Shown here one piece after another: positions 60,300-64,000 of a stretch of DNA of 64,000 bases. Made by a program: the position numbers and the translations under genes. Under the pieces are notes generated by a model. It made no database searches and was not told where the DNA came from. It was given only the letters and a program-made list of their open reading frames with translations. Position 1 is the stretch's first letter. Every line of letters begins with the position of its first letter. Source of the DNA: Psammoneis japonica (Eukaryota); NCBI GenBank assembly GCA_008632985.1, contig QPGO01000193.1:1-64000 (forward strand), in the 5' to 3' direction.

Positions 60300-62749
60300 A
60301 ATGCTTCAGTCAACACCGAACACATTCAACAAAATTGATGACATCAATGGCTTGTGAGCAAAATGAACAGAGTGAACTTGAACAAACAAACAGCCAAACC
60401 GGCCATGGCTTTCAGTGACCATGACGGCCCACTTTTTTCAGCCTTGTGGAAAATTGAATGTCATGACCAGGATCTCCACATTTGACACAGTCTGTGTCAT
60501 CAACAACAACAGTGAAAATGCTTGTTGAAGGCTGCAGCGCGGCACAACAATGCCAAATCTTTCAGCAACAACAATTGAGCCTCCACTCACTCACAATTTG
60601 CCTCTGAGGACCATTTCTTTTCCATTGCCATGCACATTTCCTCAACATGTTTGACTGACTCAAGTGCATCAATCGTTTGTGCCTTTTAAACCATGAAAAA
60701 TGGTCCGAAGTCGATGCCATTGTGTGGGCTGAGCTGCACTTCTTCTCACGTCGTCCCAAACTCATTGATCAACGAATGCTTCATTTGATCCGTTGAGTGT
60801 AACTCGCACTCACGCATGAAAACAAAACATTAATTGTGCTGTGTTAAAGACTGGTTTACACATGTTGATGACATTTTACATGTTTCTTGTTGCATTGAGG
60901 CACACATGAATCGCTCATCGGATGATTTGAGCCCTCAACTTGCGGTGCAATTCAGCGACTGACAACTGAGTCCATCAACAGTTTCGAATGCATGGGTGCA
61001 CGCACAAGACAATTCTGCATGCACCCACAACAACACATTTGCAAGTTGTCATGTTTTTGCCATCGAAAATGGTGCCGCAAGTGTGGACCGCGCGTTTCAT
61101 GCAAAAAGGGTCATTTTTTCGTGCGTGAGTGCACCCAAGTCTGGAACAAGTCTGCATTTTTGCAAATGTGTTGAAGAAAAATGCACCTGATCAGAAAACA
61201 GTCAAATCCATTTTTCGCAAAGTTAAAATTCACTGAGGACAGACAGACAGACTTGTCTTGGTGCTGTCCTGCACAATTTCTGCACAACGACTCTGCAGCG
61301 CGAAAGATTGCTGTTGGACTGATTCAAATCGGAGTTCGGGATCGAGAAGGGAACTCAACGGCATCTCGCTCTCCAGTCGCAACACAATGTGCAGAAATGC
61401 CTGGACACATGCTGTGCTCACAGCAACTCCCATGACATGTGTGTCCAGACATTGGAATGTGCGCGCAGTGGAAAATGAGCTGACGGGCAGACACCGACAG
61501 AAGGAAGGTGTCATCATCATCGATCATCGCATCGTTTTGTTGTTCATTCAGTGTGCTTGATGTCACCAGCACACCAACCCAATTGAGTGAGTGGAGGTCA
61601 TTTTTTTCATGCACAGCGCCATTTTGACACTCTCGCTCCAGCGGGTTGTCTTCTCAATGAGAAATTTCGGCGGGGTCTGGTGAAGACAACCACAATCCAA
61701 GTGGTGCAATGCCCGCATTTCCAGGGGCATTTTGTCTCAGCACCAATTGAAAAAAAAGACAGTTGAGAAACCTTCCATGGAATTTTGACATTTTGTCAAA
61801 TCAAACAGAGTCTCAAATGCACAGGATTTGTCCTGCAGCTGAGTGCTTCAAAGGCCGTGCATCTGTGGTGTGTTCCCTGGCAAAAAGCACAAGCAGTGTT
61901 GCAGCGGCAAGTGCGCAAACTTTCGCAGCATCATGCAGATGGTGGCACTCGCATGCAGGCAGGCAGGTCTCTGACATTTCTGTGCATTTTTGCAGGGAAA
62001 AACGAAAATTTCGACATTTCACACAACTCCCAGCAGTTGCAGCCAGCTGGCTGGAACAATTTGACTGAATGTTTTTTCAATGTTCATCCGCTGCATTCGA
62101 ATTCATGGATTTTTGCTGTGTGTGTGGCAAAAAAAAAAAAGCCGCTGACCATGGTGAGTTCGCAGTTGCGTCGTCGTCCATGTTTGTGTGGGAGGTTGCA
62201 TCGGTGCATGAGTGTCTCTGTGTTTTCCCTGTCAGAAGGCATCTACAGTGCTGTGGTGCAACTTCCCCCAAATTTGATTTGATGGGTCATTTCAACATTG
62301 CTGCTCATTCATTTGGCATGTTTTTGCTGGTGTTTTCTGCTGCCACCAACAGAGTGCAAAGAACGATGAGGCACAGCCATCAGAAAGAGACAGCAGTCAG
62401 CCAGGAGCACCAAGTTGTAAAACCACAGACAGAAAAATTGCCCAACCCTTCCACCTGCCTCTCATGAGCTTCGTCAAAAGAGCGCTTCTCTTCCACCCAG
62501 CTGCTGCTTTGGTGGTGCCTGCTCCAGCTCCAGGGGGAACAAAATCATCCCTCAATGTCCTTTTTCAACGTCGACAATTGCAAACAAAATGAGATGCACC
62601 CACATGCAAAATGCAGCACATTTCATGTGACTGCATGCCGTTTCTTTTGAAAATTTGCACCCCAAAAGTGGAGAGTTTGAGCGAGACAAACAACGCTCTC
62701 TTGCCAAATGCTCAAAAGCATTCCACCTGCAGCTGGAACAGGCCTGGCA

Positions 62750-63110
62750 CCTGGCACCTCACCAGCCTTGAGCAAGGATCTTCAGGTCCCTTGTTGTTTG
62801 AGAATGACAAGGCAGCAATCTTGTCTGATGATGTTGTACAACCCTTGGCACTGCTGGCCTGGCTTGTGCCACGATCAACCTTGAATGAGGTGCAAATGAC
62901 CAAGTGCACCACCCCAAGCTTGTCAAAGCATCCAGCACTTGATCCACAAGTTTCAAGATTGAAGCAATGAAGGCAGCTGATGAAAGTCTTGTTCTGCTCA
63001 CACCCAACCCACCCAACACACAAAATTTTCTTTTCTTTCAAAGCAAGGAGCATTTTGCTCCATCCCTGTGGTGAGTTGGATGTTGGCCTGGCGAGCACTT
63101 TCTGCTCCAC
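62750..63110 (-). pseudogene. Third, more diverged fragment of the SF2 helicase gene (motif I region)
   Basis: Reverse complement gccaacatccaactcaccacagggatggagcaaaatg and LKLVDQVLDAL...TTSSDKIAA match copy 1 at ~5190-5520. Confidence 0.7.
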
Positions 63111-64000
63111 TTTTTTAGCACAACCATTGAATCTGATGTTTCATCAAGATGGCTGTTTGCCATTGACAGCTGACTTGGCTTTTTCTTGAAAAGCACTTGC
63201 GCTGCTGTTCCTGGTGTGTTGTCACTGATGGTTGTTCTGCCCCTCACATTTGCTTGATTTCTTTTTGACAACATTCCCATGGAGCAGGTTCTGAGCCAGT
63301 GCATGGGACAAGCACTTGAAATGTGTCTTCACTGCACTGCTGACATGTTGCTGCACCTTGGAAATGAGTGCGCAGGCATCACAAAAACAATGGTTGGGAA
63401 GCAGCCACTTGTGCAAGCAACCCCAAGCACCATCCACTCTGTTTCAAACAATTGTGGGACAGCACCCACTGGAAGCACCAACAACAAGTGAGTGCATGGC
63501 CAAGTGCAACAACTCATCAAAAATGGAATTGCTTTTCAATGCACTGCCACTTGACTGCACATTTTGACAACCTTTTCACAAGAGTCGGGGCAAAAATGTG
63601 GGACACAAACAGTCTGTTCTCCATGTTGTTGTAGAGACTTCAGTTCTTGATCAGTTGAAGAAATGCAAGATCTGCAACAAAGACAGCCCACTCAGCCAGA
63701 GCATCAAAACATGGTCTCAGGAGATTCTGAAACCAGACTTTCCTGGTGCAAAAGAAACTGCAATGCCATCGGCAAAAGTGGCAGACCATGTCAGCCAAGA
63801 AGTGCTCAATTTGCCAGAACATGCAATCAAATTGGAGAGTGTCAGACAACTCATTTCATGCAAAGAACCTCACATTTCAAAAATGGCTTGGTGGGGATGA
63901 TGTGGGGAGCACCATTGCCAAAGCAATTGACATCTCGCAGATGATGCAGCAATGGCTTGTAGAGCCACTTGTTCACTTTCATTTGACAAGGGCCCTCTTG

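Larger units (their letters stand above)
57286..62036. mobile_element. Putative decayed PIF/Harbinger-like DNA transposon bounded by ~40-bp inverted repeats
   Basis: ctgctgggagttgcacgaaatgtcgaaattttcgttttt (57286) vs reverse complement of 61998-62036 ctgctgggagttgtgtgaaatgtcgaaattttcgttttt; transposase remnant lies inside. Confidence 0.65.

Noticed and set aside
54433..64000. Classical RIP or CpG methylation decay as the sole explanation
   Set aside because: RIP creates TpA and 5mC decay does not remove it; copy comparisons show TA as the lost state.

Overview
Eukaryotic genomic DNA, most likely a diatom (short GT-AG introns, bipartite plastid presequence, mitochondrial KDPG aldolase, expanded helicase-associated domains). 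Ordinary genes include a hybrid histidine kinase, ispE, two tandem GT90 glycosyltransferases, a beta-helix protein, a histidine phosphatase, secreted repeat proteins, an MGS-DAGK fusion, DUF4336, eIF5, a RING-H2 ligase, a PLAC8-PrsW fusion and a divergent RraA/KDPG aldolase pair. These alternate with sharply bounded islands of decayed mobile DNA (about 4.8-7.4, 17.7-26.9, 32.4-34.5, 39.1-41.4 and 54.5-64 kb). The most striking signal is that these islands are almost stripped of the dinucleotide TpA. Comparison of repeat copies and conserved protein motifs shows TA->TG and TA->CA transitions (Tyr->Cys/His, Ile->Thr), the opposite direction to fungal RIP, and this loss runs ahead of CpG decay. 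This suggests a repeat-targeted A:T->G:C hypermutation process that I do not recognise as described. Palindromic CTAG/CTCTAG-rich clusters sit at several island and transposon edges. Several genes carry single-base frameshifts that look like assembly errors. All counts are by eye and no database searches were run.
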